Assembly (NCBI GenBank): GCA_017623595.1
Contig: JAGAOU010000044.1
Span: 173,319-237,318, forward strand
Direction: 5' to 3'
DNA from: Clostridia bacterium
GTDB taxonomy: Bacteria; Bacillota; Clostridia; Oscillospirales; UBA644
DNA length: 64,000 nt
This document shows positions 45,081-55,137 of this stretch, one piece after another. Position 1 is the first letter of the stretch, and each line of letters starts with the position of its first letter. The notes under the pieces were generated by a model that was given only the letters and a program-made list of their open reading frames with translations, was not told the origin of the DNA and ran no database searches. A program made the translations under genes and the position numbers.

Positions 45081-47108
45081 TTATTGAAGCATTGCGGAGC
45101 GGAGCATTTCCGATGCGGCGATAAAGAGCGCTCTGTTTTCGGGCAGGATAAACCAGGAGGGATCCTCAAAAAGGTGGTTTGCCACGGTCGAGACCCTCTC
45201 CAGAACCGACATATCACGCGTCAGATCCGCGATGCGGAAGGGGGGTAGACCGTGTTGACGGTTCCCCAAAAAGTCTCCCGGTCCGCGGAGCTCCAGGTCC
45301 TTGCGGCTGATCTCGAAGCCGTCATTTGTGGCGCAAAATGCGTCCATGCGAGCGGTAGCATCTTCGCTCCGGTCATCGGATACCAGGAAGCAATAAGATG
45401 CTTTTTTCCCCCGACCCACCCGACCTCGCAGCTGATGCAGTTGGGACAGGCCGAAGCGCTCTGCGTTTTCGATGATCATTGTGGTTGCATTTGGGACGTT
45501 TACGCCTACCTCAATGACCGTTGTTGAGACGAGAACCGAGATTCGGTTGTTGACAAAATCCGTTAGGATCCGTTCTTTTTCTTCGTTTTTCATCCGACCG
45601 TGGAGGTGCGCTATGGGGATGTCCCACAGATAAGTTTCCCGCAATTTCTCGCAAAAATCCACCGCACTTTTCATTTCGTCGCTTCCCTCCACCGAGGGGC
45701 AGACAATATAGGCTTGTTCGCCCGACAAGGCTTTTTCACGGAGGTAATTATACATTCTTGCCTCGGCGTCGGATCCTACCCTTCGGGTTGCTACGGGGAT
45801 CCTTCCGGGGGGGAGTTCGTCAAGCACCGAAATATCCAGATCACCGTAAAGAACCAGCCCCAAAGAGCGGGGAATCGGGGTTGCGGAGAGAAAGAGCATG
45901 TGCGGGTTGTTGCCTTTTTCCTGAATGGCGGCTCGTTGTTGTACACCGAAGCGATGTTGCTCGTCTGCGATGGCCACGGCGAGATTTCGGAACTTTACAT
46001 TCTTCTGAATCAGTGTATGGGTGCCGATTACAAGATCTGTTTCCCCCGCTTCCAGGCGGAGCATAATATCTCGCTTTTCGGCAGCACGCATGGAACCGAT
46101 CAGCAATTCCACCTTGATCCCGCAGGGGGAAAGGAGCTGATGCAGGGATTCATAATGCTGCATGGCTAAGATTTCGGTTGGCACCATCAATGCGGTTTGC
46201 ATTCCGTTTTTAGCCGTCAGATAGGCCACTGCCGCCGCGATCACCGTTTTTCCGCTGCCCACATCCCCTTGCACAAGGCGTGACATGGGATGAGAACGGC
46301 GCAATCCGTCAAAGCATTCCCGAATAACGCGCTTTTGTGCATCGGTCAATGCATAGGGGAGACGGTTCAGAAAGGGCATCAGGTCGGTGGGTTGCAGTTT
46401 TGGTGCAGTAAGTTTTTTTACACGCAATTTAAGAATCCGAACTCCAACGGTGAACAGGAACAGTTCCTCAAAGATAAAACGATTTTTGGCCCGATCCGCC
46501 TCTGCCATGGTCTTTGGAAAATGAATGGCACGGAAGGCCTCTTTGATTTCGGGCAGGTCGCATTCTTCTCTGATTTCGGGCAGGAGCATTTCCTTCAGTT
46601 GGGCTTCACATGCCTGCAGTGCCGTCGCAATATTGCGGGATAAGGATCCGTGGGTAACGCCTTCGGTGAGGGGGTATATCGCCTCAATTTCGGGGATGGC
46701 ATTGATTCTGATTTTCGGAGCATCCATGCGGCGCACACATCCAACCACTTCCACGGGCCCATATAACAATACTGTCATTCCCGGATGCAGTCGGTCCGCC
46801 GTATACTTCTGATTGTATAGTGTAACAAAGATCGTATTTCCCTTTGGATCCGATACGGAAAAAAGGAAGCGTGTTACCCGTTTCCCTACCCGTTTGGAGA
46901 CATCTGAGCTTATTTTTCCGATAACTGTAACGGTTTCACCGTTTTTCAACTGATCGATGGGGTTCACTTCGGACATGTTGAGATATCCGCGAGGAAAATA
47001 ACGGATCAGGTCCCCGCAGGTGAAGATATTCAATTTGTTCAGCAATTCGGCTCTTTTCTGTCCGATTCCCCGCAGAATTGTTACGGGACTGTTGAGAACA
47101 TCGATCAT
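45081..47108 (-). CDS. recG: ATP-dependent DNA helicase RecG
   Basis: Wedge domain followed by an SF2 helicase (GDVGSGKT, DEQHRFG). Confidence 0.95.
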   Translation of the reverse strand: MIDVLNSPVTILRGIGQKRAELLNKLNIFTCGDLIRYFPRGYLNMSEVNPIDQLKNGETVTVIGKISSDVSKRVGKRVTRFLFSVSDPKGNTIFVTLYNQKYTADRLHPGMTVLLYGPVEVVGCVRRMDAPKIRINAIPEIEAIYPLTEGVTHGSLSRNIATALQACEAQLKEMLLPEIREECDLPEIKEAFRAIHFPKTMAEADRAKNRFIFEELFLFTVGVRILKLRVKKLTAPKLQPTDLMPFLNRLPYALTDAQKRVIRECFDGLRRSHPMSRLVQGDVGSGKTVIAAAVAYLTAKNGMQTALMVPTEILAMQHYESLHQLLSPCGIKVELLIGSMRAAEKRDIMLRLEAGETDLVIGTHTLIQKNVKFRNLAVAIADEQHRFGVQQRAAIQEKGNNPHMLFLSATPIPRSLGLVLYGDLDISVLDELPPGRIPVATRRVGSDAEARMYNYLREKALSGEQAYIVCPSVEGSDEMKSAVDFCEKLRETYLWDIPIAHLHGRMKNEEKERILTDFVNNRISVLVSTTVIEVGVNVPNATTMIIENAERFGLSQLHQLRGRVGRGKKASYCFLVSDDRSEDATARMDAFCATNDGFEISRKDLELRGPGDFLGNRQHGLPPFRIADLTRDMSVLERVSTVANHLFEDPSWFILPENRALFIAASEMLRSAMLQ

Positions 47109-47126
47109 GTCAAGCTTCCAATTATA

Positions 47127-47702
47127 CTACTGTGATTCCTGTTTTAGAATCATGTCTCTTACTTTGAAAAATACGGCGGGGTCCATGCAAAATTCGCTGT
47201 CTGCGGTACGGAGTCGTTGGGACAGTTCGGAATCCTTCATCCATATTGTTTCGGAGATCTCTTCCTTTTGTGGTTTCAAAGGTATGTTTAACGGAATCTT
47301 TGCAAAATAAACCGTAAACATTTCCCGATTGCGAAACAGTTTTCCGTGAAAGGTTTCTGTTTTGTCGCAACGATGCACGAAAGCTTTCCGAAGTGTGCAG
47401 GATTCCTTCTTAATTCCCAGTTCTTCTTCCAGTTCCTTGTATGCGGTGGATAAAAAGTCCATCCCGGCCTCCATATGTCCTGCTGCGGAGGTGTCCAGAC
47501 AATTGGGATAACTGTCCTTGTTCGGGCTTCTTCTTTGTAACAGAAAATACAGGGCTCCGTGATCAAGAGCATACAGATAAATATGGGACGCACCGTGAAG
47601 AATGCCTTCCCGATGCGCCTCATTTCTGGAAACTGTCTTAGGGGAAACGGTTCCGTTTTCGTTCAAAACACAAAGAAATTCGGGGGTGGTTTCTTTGTTC
47701 AT
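47127..47702 (-). CDS. NUDIX hydrolase family protein
   Basis: Nudix-box-like GHMEAGMDFLSTAYKELEEELGI. Confidence 0.8.
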   Translation of the reverse strand: MNKETTPEFLCVLNENGTVSPKTVSRNEAHREGILHGASHIYLYALDHGALYFLLQRRSPNKDSYPNCLDTSAAGHMEAGMDFLSTAYKELEEELGIKKESCTLRKAFVHRCDKTETFHGKLFRNREMFTVYFAKIPLNIPLKPQKEEISETIWMKDSELSQRLRTADSEFCMDPAVFFKVRDMILKQESQ

Positions 47703-47705
47703 GGG

Positions 47706-49115
47706 TTATTTTTCGGCTCTCTTCCAGCGGATTCCGGAGGGGGTGTCTTCCAAAATGATGCCCATTGCGGTCAATTGATCGCGGATTGCATCTGCTTTTG
47801 CCCAATCCTTTGCCTTACGGGCGGCAGTACGTTCTTCGATCAATGCGTCGATGGCGGCATCGTCATCTCCCGTTTCTTCATCCTTGGGAAGGAGTCCCAA
47901 AACTTCAATCAACTCTTCGACTTTGTGGGCAAGAGTTTCGTAAACGGTTTTGGGCTGACCTTCTGTAATGCTGACGTTGATCTGCTTAATCAGATCAAAG
48001 ACGGCGGTGATAGCATTTGCGGTGTTCAGATCATCATCCATCGCCTCTTCAAACCGATCCCGATAGACCTTGAAGGAGGAGAGGTAGTTCTTTTGTTCCT
48101 CTGTCAAATCTCCGTCGACGGCATTTTTTGCGAGGAATTTCAAGTTTGTAAGGCAGTTGTGGATACGTTCCAGCGAAGCCTTTGCCTGCTCGATAATACC
48201 GGGTTCGTAATTGATGGGCATCCGGTAATGGGCGGAAACCGCAAAGTAGCGCAAGGGAAGATAGCCGTAAACCTTGGAAAGATCTCGTACGGTAAAGAAA
48301 TTGTTTTTGGATTTGCTCATCTTTTCATTGTTTACGTTGACAAATCCAATGTGGAACCACAGACGGGCAAACTTACATCCGTTTGCGCATTCCGACTGAG
48401 CAATCTCGTTTTCGTGGTGGGGGAACTTCAGGTCATGACCGCCGCAATGGATGTCGATGCTATCACCCAAATAACGTTTTGCCATGGCGCTGCATTCGAT
48501 GTGCCAACCGGGGCGGCCTTCTCCCCAAGGGGAGCTCCAATGAGGTTCTCCCGGTTTGGATGCCTTCCAAAGAGCAAAGTCCAGAGGATCCTCCTTGATC
48601 TCACTGACGTCGATGCGGGCGCCCGAAGCCAGATCTTCAATGGATTGCTTCAGCAGGCTGTTGCCGTATTCGGGGAAACTGCGCACGCGGAAATAAACGT
48701 CTCCGTTGCTTTCGTATGCGTGACCTTTTTCAATCAAAGAGGAAACCAAGGCGATAATTCCGTCGATGTTTTCGGTGGCACGGGGATGCACTGTAGCTCG
48801 TTTGACATTCAAGCCGTCGGCATCGGTAAAATATTCATTGATATATTTTTCAGCCACTTCGGCCACGGTAATGCCTTCTTCGTTGGCGCGTTTGATCATT
48901 TTGTCGTCCACGTCGGTGAAGTTCTGTACATATTTCACATCGTAGCCTTTGAATTCCAGATAGCGGCGCAGGGTATCGAACATCATGAAGGATCGTCCGT
49001 TTCCCACGTGGAAGAAGTTATATACGGTGGGACCGCAGGCGTAAATGCGCACAGTATTGTCCGTTACCTTGAATTCTTCTACCTTTCCCGTCAGGGAGTT
49101 GTATAATTTCAGCAT
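47706..49115 (-). CDS. cysS: Cysteine--tRNA ligase
   Basis: HVGNGR (HIGH-type) and KMSKS motifs. Confidence 0.95.
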   Translation of the reverse strand: MLKLYNSLTGKVEEFKVTDNTVRIYACGPTVYNFFHVGNGRSFMMFDTLRRYLEFKGYDVKYVQNFTDVDDKMIKRANEEGITVAEVAEKYINEYFTDADGLNVKRATVHPRATENIDGIIALVSSLIEKGHAYESNGDVYFRVRSFPEYGNSLLKQSIEDLASGARIDVSEIKEDPLDFALWKASKPGEPHWSSPWGEGRPGWHIECSAMAKRYLGDSIDIHCGGHDLKFPHHENEIAQSECANGCKFARLWFHIGFVNVNNEKMSKSKNNFFTVRDLSKVYGYLPLRYFAVSAHYRMPINYEPGIIEQAKASLERIHNCLTNLKFLAKNAVDGDLTEEQKNYLSSFKVYRDRFEEAMDDDLNTANAITAVFDLIKQINVSITEGQPKTVYETLAHKVEELIEVLGLLPKDEETGDDDAAIDALIEERTAARKAKDWAKADAIRDQLTAMGIILEDTPSGIRWKRAEK

Positions 49116-49116
49116 G

Positions 49117-49806
49117 TTATTTTTTCTCCTGTGAGTTAGTATCGTTTTTATTCACACCGTCACGCACAGCGGGCGGAGTATTGTCCTTGTCGATTTGTTT
49201 TTGCATCCGTTCCAACTGAATGCGCAATCTGCACATTTCCTGAGAAACAGGGTCGGGAATGTGAACATTGTCGAAATTGTCGACCCGAACACCGTCCCGC
49301 TTGACCACCCGGGCAGGGAAGCCCACGGCGGTACAGTTGGGGGGGATATCCTCCAAAACCACGGATCCTGCGGCGATTTTACTGTTGTCGCCCACGGTGA
49401 AGGAACCCAAAAGCTGTGAATGGGCACCGATTACTACATTGTTACCGATTGTAGGGTGGCGTTTCCCCGATTCCTTACCTGTGCCGCCCAAGGTTACGCC
49501 GTGATAAATGGTGCAATTGTCTCCGATTTCGGCGGTCTCGCCGATCACAACGCCCATGCCGTGGTCAATCAGCAGACCTCTGCCGATTTTTGCGGCAGGA
49601 TGGATTTCAATGCCGGTTCTGCGACGGGCACGCTGGGAGATCATGCGGGCAATCAGTTTGTGATTGTGGCGATAAAAGAAGTTTGCCATACGGTGATAGA
49701 TGAGAACGTGCAAGCCCGGATAGCAGAAAAATACTTCCGCATTGGAGCGGGCAGCCGGGTCTCTTTCCCGAATAGCTTTGATATCGTAACGTAATTTGCT
49801 AAACAT
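49117..49806 (-). CDS. cysE: Serine O-acetyltransferase
   Basis: IRERDPAA N-terminus and a hexapeptide-repeat body. ATG 49806 avoids overlap with pgsA; the track start at 49836 would overlap pgsA by 25 nt. Confidence 0.9.
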   Translation of the reverse strand: MFSKLRYDIKAIRERDPAARSNAEVFFCYPGLHVLIYHRMANFFYRHNHKLIARMISQRARRRTGIEIHPAAKIGRGLLIDHGMGVVIGETAEIGDNCTIYHGVTLGGTGKESGKRHPTIGNNVVIGAHSQLLGSFTVGDNSKIAAGSVVLEDIPPNCTAVGFPARVVKRDGVRVDNFDNVHIPDPVSQEMCRLRIQLERMQKQIDKDNTPPAVRDGVNKNDTNSQEKK

Positions 49807-49811
49807 GAGGT

Positions 49812-50402
49812 TCAACCTTTCAGGTAGGGTGCGCAAGCTTTGATGTACGGAATTGCGGAAATGCAGGTATAGACTGCGGTGATTGCAAACAGAATTTCAG
49901 GAATGGTATAAATGTATGCGATTCCATCACAGGCTTCGCCCAGATAGAGGCAGACAAAGGTCGTGACCAGCGTCACTCCCTGCAGGGCGGTTTTGATCTT
50001 CCCCCACCAGTTTGCGGCAACAACGCTTCCCTTGGATGCGGCGGAAAGGCGCAGACCGGTTACAAGCAACTCCCGCAGAAGGATCAGGATGGTACACCAG
50101 GTGACGAGGGACGAAAAATGCTCGATGCTGGTTACTGCAATACAGACGCTGAGAACCAGCGCTTTATCTGCCAGCGGATCGAGAAATTTTCCGAGATTTG
50201 TGGTGTAGTTGTACTTGCGGGCAATCTTTCCGTCCACAAAGTCCGAGATCATTGCAACTGCAAAAATGATACCCGCAATCATAACTGAGGTCTTATAGGT
50301 CAAGGCTTCGGTTATGAGAGAGGGGATCATGAACAAAAGCACAAAGGGAATGAGGGCAATGCGTCCCCAGCAAATTGCGTTAGGAATGTCTTTTTTCTCC
50401 AT
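49812..50402 (-). CDS. pgsA: CDP-diacylglycerol--glycerol-3-phosphate 3-phosphatidyltransferase
   Basis: CDP-alcohol phosphatidyltransferase motif DFVDGKIARK...GKFLDPLADK. Confidence 0.9.
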   Translation of the reverse strand: MEKKDIPNAICWGRIALIPFVLLFMIPSLITEALTYKTSVMIAGIIFAVAMISDFVDGKIARKYNYTTNLGKFLDPLADKALVLSVCIAVTSIEHFSSLVTWCTILILLRELLVTGLRLSAASKGSVVAANWWGKIKTALQGVTLVTTFVCLYLGEACDGIAYIYTIPEILFAITAVYTCISAIPYIKACAPYLKG

Positions 50403-50407
50403 AGTGT

Positions 50408-51706
50408 TTACTCCTGTGAGTTCGTTGCGGTTCCGTAAAAATCATATTCCCGATAACGCTTCAGAAGAACCGATACAAACTGTCCTTCTTCCACGGGGAA
50501 ATCTGCCGTGAAGATAATGCGACCGTCCACCTCGGGGGCTTGGAAGTACGCTCTGCCGTAATACTTGCCGTCCTTTCGCTTCCCTTCGCAGAGAACGTCA
50601 AGGGTTTTTCCGATGAGTGGTTTGTTGGTTTTTGGTAACAGGCTATGCTGAATCTGCATAATCAGATCGGCGCGACGTTGCTTGATCTCGTCGGGTATCT
50701 GATTGCGCATGCGTCCCGCAGGGGTGCCTTCCTCCCTCGAATAGGGAAAGACGCCGAGGTTTGCAAACTTGTTTCCCTTGACAAAGTTGCAGAGAATTTC
50801 AAAATCCTCTTCGTTTTCTCCGGGAAAACCGGTAATGAATGTAGTTCGCACGCTACATTCGGGGAGAATTTCACGGATATGTGCAATCAGGTCGGTCAAG
50901 GATCGGTCGTCGCCTGTTCGGTTCATCCGTTTCAGTACCTTGCCGGATGCGTGCTGGAGGGGAACGTCGATATAGGGCACACACTTGTCAACCTCTGCCA
51001 TTGTGTTCAGCAGCTCATCTGTAATTTCCTCGGGACGGCAATAGAGGATTCGAATCCAGCGCACGGAGTCGATCCTTGCAATGTCGCGGATGAATCGGCA
51101 GAGGTCAGGGTGTTTTGTAGTGTCCTGTGCGATCAGATTGATTTCCACCGCACCGTTTTCCGCAAGCCTTCTTGCTTCCTCCATAACCGATTCGTAGGAG
51201 CGTGGCATAAATTCGCCGCGTACCGAGGGAATCACGCAGTAAGAGCAATGGTTGGAGCATCCCTCGGCGATACGAAGATATACGGATTTATTTCCGGTTG
51301 TGAGGATTCGGTCGAATTCGGGCGGAGGGCAGGTGAGGGGCTTGTATTCCTCATAAGGCTGTTCTGCGCGCAATGCCTCGATAATTTTATCGAAACTGCG
51401 GGATCCAAGACATGCGTCTACCTCGGGCAGAAGCTTGAGAACTTCGCTTTTGTACCGTTCTGCCAGACAACCCGTAACAACCAGCCGTTTCAGCCGACCG
51501 TTGATCTTGTATGCGGCTGCTTCCAGAATCGCCTCGATGGATTCGGACTTTGCCGCATCGATGAACGTACAGGTGTGCACGATCACACCGTCGCATTGGG
51601 AGAGGTCGTTGCAGACCGTGAAGCCTTCTTCGGTTAGTTTGTGAAGCATCATTTCCGCATCAATGCGGTTCTTTGCGCAACCAAGCGCGATCATTCCGAT
51701 GTTCAA
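50408..51706 (-). CDS. rimO: Ribosomal protein S12 methylthiotransferase RimO
   Basis: MTTase N-domain cysteines, radical-SAM CSNHCSYC and a TRAM domain. Confidence 0.9.
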   Translation of the reverse strand: MNIGMIALGCAKNRIDAEMMLHKLTEEGFTVCNDLSQCDGVIVHTCTFIDAAKSESIEAILEAAAYKINGRLKRLVVTGCLAERYKSEVLKLLPEVDACLGSRSFDKIIEALRAEQPYEEYKPLTCPPPEFDRILTTGNKSVYLRIAEGCSNHCSYCVIPSVRGEFMPRSYESVMEEARRLAENGAVEINLIAQDTTKHPDLCRFIRDIARIDSVRWIRILYCRPEEITDELLNTMAEVDKCVPYIDVPLQHASGKVLKRMNRTGDDRSLTDLIAHIREILPECSVRTTFITGFPGENEEDFEILCNFVKGNKFANLGVFPYSREEGTPAGRMRNQIPDEIKQRRADLIMQIQHSLLPKTNKPLIGKTLDVLCEGKRKDGKYYGRAYFQAPEVDGRIIFTADFPVEEGQFVSVLLKRYREYDFYGTATNSQE

Positions 51707-52341
51707 AAATCTTCGTCCTTTCCTTCCGAACCGTATCGGGATAATGCCGCAGAAACGGCAGAGGAACTGTATCCCAAACGGGCAAGCTTTGCGAATATCT
51801 TGTGTCGCACCGCAGGATCCTTCAGGTCTCTTCCTTTTGCGGCGCGTGTCAGTATTTCATCTAATTTTGCATCTTCTTCGGCGGTATCGGAAAAGACCTC
51901 TTCCAATACCTCACGAACGGTTTCCCGCTCGATTCCGTGGTGATAGAGAATCTGTTCCGCACGAGCCTTCCCGTAAGAACTTTTTGCCAATTCCGCCAGG
52001 CGCTTTGCATAGCGGTAGTCATCCTGATATCCGTGCTCCGTCATATAAGAGATGGCAGCTATTGCAGCGTCCTCGGGGATCCCTTTATCACAAAGCTTTC
52101 GCAACAGTTCTTTTTTTGAGTAGTCTTTGCGGCTGAGAATATCCACACTCTTTCGTATTCCATCCAAAAGATGGGCGCGGGCGCGGAGCAGCTCAAACTC
52201 CTCTTCGTCAAACTGCTCGTGGAGCCGAATGCCGTTCTCTGTCAAGAACTTTTCATTTGCCAAAAACTCCATACCTGTTTCCGAGCTTACTTCAAACAGT
52301 TTCGTTCTCTTGTGGGGGCGGATATCGGTGATCAGTATCAT
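51703..52341 (-). CDS. recX: Recombination regulator RecX
   Basis: Repeated three-helix pattern, size, and position directly after recA. Confidence 0.85.
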   Translation of the reverse strand: MILITDIRPHKRTKLFEVSSETGMEFLANEKFLTENGIRLHEQFDEEEFELLRARAHLLDGIRKSVDILSRKDYSKKELLRKLCDKGIPEDAAIAAISYMTEHGYQDDYRYAKRLAELAKSSYGKARAEQILYHHGIERETVREVLEEVFSDTAEEDAKLDEILTRAAKGRDLKDPAVRHKIFAKLARLGYSSSAVSAALSRYGSEGKDEDF

Positions 52342-52343
52342 GA

Positions 52344-53441
52344 TTATTCTTCAAAATCGTCCGCAGAAATATTGATATTGGCGGACTTTTCCGTTGCGGT
52401 CTTGGGCTGACGGGAGGATTTTGTGACCTCTTCCACAGCTTCCGAATCACCTTTCAATTTTGCACGCAAATCTTTTTCGATACGTTCTGCCAACGCAGTA
52501 TCGGTTTCGATCATCTTTTTTACATTTTCACGGCCGGTGCCGAGACGTTCGGGGCCGTAGGAGAACCAACCGCCCGATTTGGACACGATACCAAGCTTTA
52601 CGGCGCAGTCCAGCATTTCACCCGAGCGGGAGATGCCCTTACCGTAGATCAGATCGAATTCCGCTTCACGGAAGGGAGGGGAGACCTTGTTTTTGACGAT
52701 CTTGACTTTTGTGCGGGAGCCGTAAGCCTCGGTGCCGTTTTTCAGGGTTTCGATGCGGCGTACATCAAGACGGACCGATGCATAAAATTTCAGCGCATTA
52801 CCGCCCGTGGTCACTTCGGTAGGACCGTACATAACTCCGATCTTGGAACGGAGCTGGTTGATAAAGATACAAATACACTTTGTCTTGGAGATGATACCCG
52901 CCAGTTTCCGCAGCGCCTGAGACATCATGCGGGCGTGAAGACCCACGTGGGAGTCACCCATGTCACCTTCGATTTCCGCTTTGGGGACAAGAGCGGCGAC
53001 CGAGTCTACAACGATAATGTCAACGGCGCCGGAGCGGACCAATGTTTCGGTGATTTCCAATGCTTGCTCGCCGTTGTCGGGCTGCGAGACCAGAAGAGAA
53101 TCGATATCAACGCCCAGTTGCTCCGCATATACGGGATCCAGCGCATGCTCCGCATCGATAAATGCAGCGGTACCGCCCAGCTTCTGACATTCCGCAACAG
53201 TGTGCAGGGCTACGGTAGTCTTACCGGAGCTTTCGGGTCCGTAGATTTCGATGATTCGTCCCTTGGGAAGACCTCCCACGCCCAGTGCAAGATCCAGCCC
53301 GATAGAGCCTGTGGAGATGCTTTCCACGCTCAGTGTGGAATTCTGTCCCAAAGACATAACGGAACCTTTTCCGAAGGTTTTTTCAATTTGACTCAACGCT
53401 GTTTCCAGCGCTTTTTTTCTGTTTTCCTGTGCATCGGTCAT
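52344..53441 (-). CDS. recA: Recombinase RecA
   Basis: GPESSGKTT Walker A. The sequence is canonical RecA throughout. Confidence 0.97.
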   Translation of the reverse strand: MTDAQENRKKALETALSQIEKTFGKGSVMSLGQNSTLSVESISTGSIGLDLALGVGGLPKGRIIEIYGPESSGKTTVALHTVAECQKLGGTAAFIDAEHALDPVYAEQLGVDIDSLLVSQPDNGEQALEITETLVRSGAVDIIVVDSVAALVPKAEIEGDMGDSHVGLHARMMSQALRKLAGIISKTKCICIFINQLRSKIGVMYGPTEVTTGGNALKFYASVRLDVRRIETLKNGTEAYGSRTKVKIVKNKVSPPFREAEFDLIYGKGISRSGEMLDCAVKLGIVSKSGGWFSYGPERLGTGRENVKKMIETDTALAERIEKDLRAKLKGDSEAVEEVTKSSRQPKTATEKSANINISADDFEE

Positions 53442-53497
53442 GGTGTTCGATTCCTCCGTATGTTCAATTGATTTAGTAACAATAGATAGATATACGT

Positions 53498-53526
53498 ATT
53501 ATACAACATGCGGATGCAAAATGCAA
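53498..53526 (-). promoter_or_regulatory. Sigma-A-type promoter for recA
   Basis: On the minus strand: TTGCAT (53526-53521), 17-nt spacer, TATAAT (53503-53498). Confidence 0.55.
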
Positions 53527-53648
53527 TAGATTTTGCTTTTTTTTTCGCTTTGCGTTTCACATTTTTATCAATTTGTTCGAAAAACCGAGATGCTTATTTT
53601 TTGATTTGTGCGAAAATCGGAACATTTTGTATATTTTTTCACAAACAC

Positions 53649-53677
53649 TTGATTTTTTTCGCGGAAAGGTATATAAT
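53649..53677 (+). promoter_or_regulatory. Sigma-A-type promoter for gdhA
   Basis: TTGATT (53649-53654), 17-nt spacer, TATAAT (53672-53677). Confidence 0.55.
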
Positions 53678-53710
53678 GTTTCCATCAAAAATCATACGGA
53701 GGTAAGCATT

Positions 53711-55066
53711 ATGAGTTTTAAGAGCAAATACCTCAACGACGTTTATGCCGGCGTTGAGAAGCGTAACCCCGGCGAGCCTGAATTCCTCCAGGCGGTTTAC
53801 GAGGTCCTGGAATCTCTCGAGCCTGTAATCGAGCAGAATCCCAAATTTGAAAAATACGGTGTTATTGAACGCATGGTTGAACCTGAGCGTCAGATTAGTT
53901 TCCGCGTGTCCTGGGTGGATGATAACGGTCAGGTCCAGGTGAACCGCGGCTACAGAATTCAGTTCAATTCCGCCATCGGTCCCTACAAGGGTGGTATCCG
54001 TTTCCATCCTTCCGTTAACTATTCCATTATGAAGTTCCTCGGTTTTGAACAGACCTTCAAGAACAGCCTGACCGGCCTTCCCATGGGCGGCGGTAAGGGT
54101 GGTTCCGACTTCGATCCCCGCGGAAAGAGCGACGGCGAAGTTATGCGGTTTTGCCAGAGCTTTATGACCGAACTTGCCAAGCACATCGGTGCAGATACCG
54201 ACGTTCCCGCAGGGGATATCGGCGTGGGTGCCCGTGAGGTCGGTTATATGTTCGGCCAGTATAAGAGACTGCGCAACGAATTTACCGGTGTTCTGACCGG
54301 TAAGGGCCGTTCCTTCGGCGGATCCCTCATCCGTCCCGAAGCTACCGGTTTCGGTGCTGTCTATTATGTTGTGGAAATGCTCAAGACCTTCGGGGAAGAA
54401 GTCAAGGGTAAGACCTTTGCTATTTCCGGTTTCGGTAATGTTGCTTGGGGTACTGCCAAGAAGGTTGCCGAATTAGGCGGCAAGGTTGTTACCATCTCCG
54501 GTCCCGACGGTTATGTTTATGATGCCGACGGTATCGTTACCGATGAAAAGATTAATTATCTTTTGGAAATGCGTGCTTCCGGCCGCGATAGGGTTCAGGA
54601 TTATGCCGATAAGTTCGGTGTTCCCTTCTTTGCCGGAAAGAAGCCTTGGGAGCAGAAGGTTGATATCTGCATGCCCTGCGCTACGCAGAACGAAGTTCGC
54701 ATTGAAGACGCAAAGAACATGGTTGCAAACGGCCTGAAGTATTACGCCGAAGTTTCCAATATGCCTACCACCGCCGAAGCGGTTGCATATTTGAAACAGA
54801 GCGGTGTAATCATCGCTCCTTCCAAGGCTGTTAATGCGGGTGGTGTTGCCGTTTCCGGTTTGGAAATGAGCCAGAACTCCATGCGTTACAGCTGGACCGC
54901 CGAAGAAGTTGATGCGAAGCTGTATCAGATTATGGCTGACATTTATAAGAATTCTTATGAAGCAGCCAAGAAGTACGGTATGGAAGGCGACCTGATCGCA
55001 GGCGCCAACATCGCCGGCTTTGAAAAGGTTGCGGAAGCCATGATCGCTCAGGGTATCGCATACTGA
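53711..55066 (+). CDS. gdhA: NADP-specific glutamate dehydrogenase
   Basis: ATG at 53711 follows GGAGG. Catalytic region GGGKGGSDFDP and a GFGNVA dinucleotide fold. Confidence 0.95.
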   Translation: MSFKSKYLNDVYAGVEKRNPGEPEFLQAVYEVLESLEPVIEQNPKFEKYGVIERMVEPERQISFRVSWVDDNGQVQVNRGYRIQFNSAIGPYKGGIRFHPSVNYSIMKFLGFEQTFKNSLTGLPMGGGKGGSDFDPRGKSDGEVMRFCQSFMTELAKHIGADTDVPAGDIGVGAREVGYMFGQYKRLRNEFTGVLTGKGRSFGGSLIRPEATGFGAVYYVVEMLKTFGEEVKGKTFAISGFGNVAWGTAKKVAELGGKVVTISGPDGYVYDADGIVTDEKINYLLEMRASGRDRVQDYADKFGVPFFAGKKPWEQKVDICMPCATQNEVRIEDAKNMVANGLKYYAEVSNMPTTAEAVAYLKQSGVIIAPSKAVNAGGVAVSGLEMSQNSMRYSWTAEEVDAKLYQIMADIYKNSYEAAKKYGMEGDLIAGANIAGFEKVAEAMIAQGIAY

Positions 55067-55137
55067 TTCATTATATTGCTTATCGAAATCGGGCTGTGCC
55101 TCTGCGCCGGCCCGGTTTTGTGTTTTAGGAGGATCCC

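Noticed and set aside
49807-49900. Expected T-box leader upstream of cysE-cysS
   Set aside because: pgsA coding sequence ends 5 nt before the cysE start, so there is no space and no T-box-like specifier or terminator structure.
53442-53530. LexA (Cheo) box upstream of recA
   Set aside because: Only isolated GAAC/GTTC tetramers occur (GAACATACGGAGGAATCGAAC on the minus strand). I found no GAAC-N4-GTTC palindrome.
53508-53705. 65-aa ORF in the recA-gdhA intergenic region
   Set aside because: It overlaps both divergent promoters, is AT-rich and Phe/Ile-rich, and has no Shine-Dalgarno.
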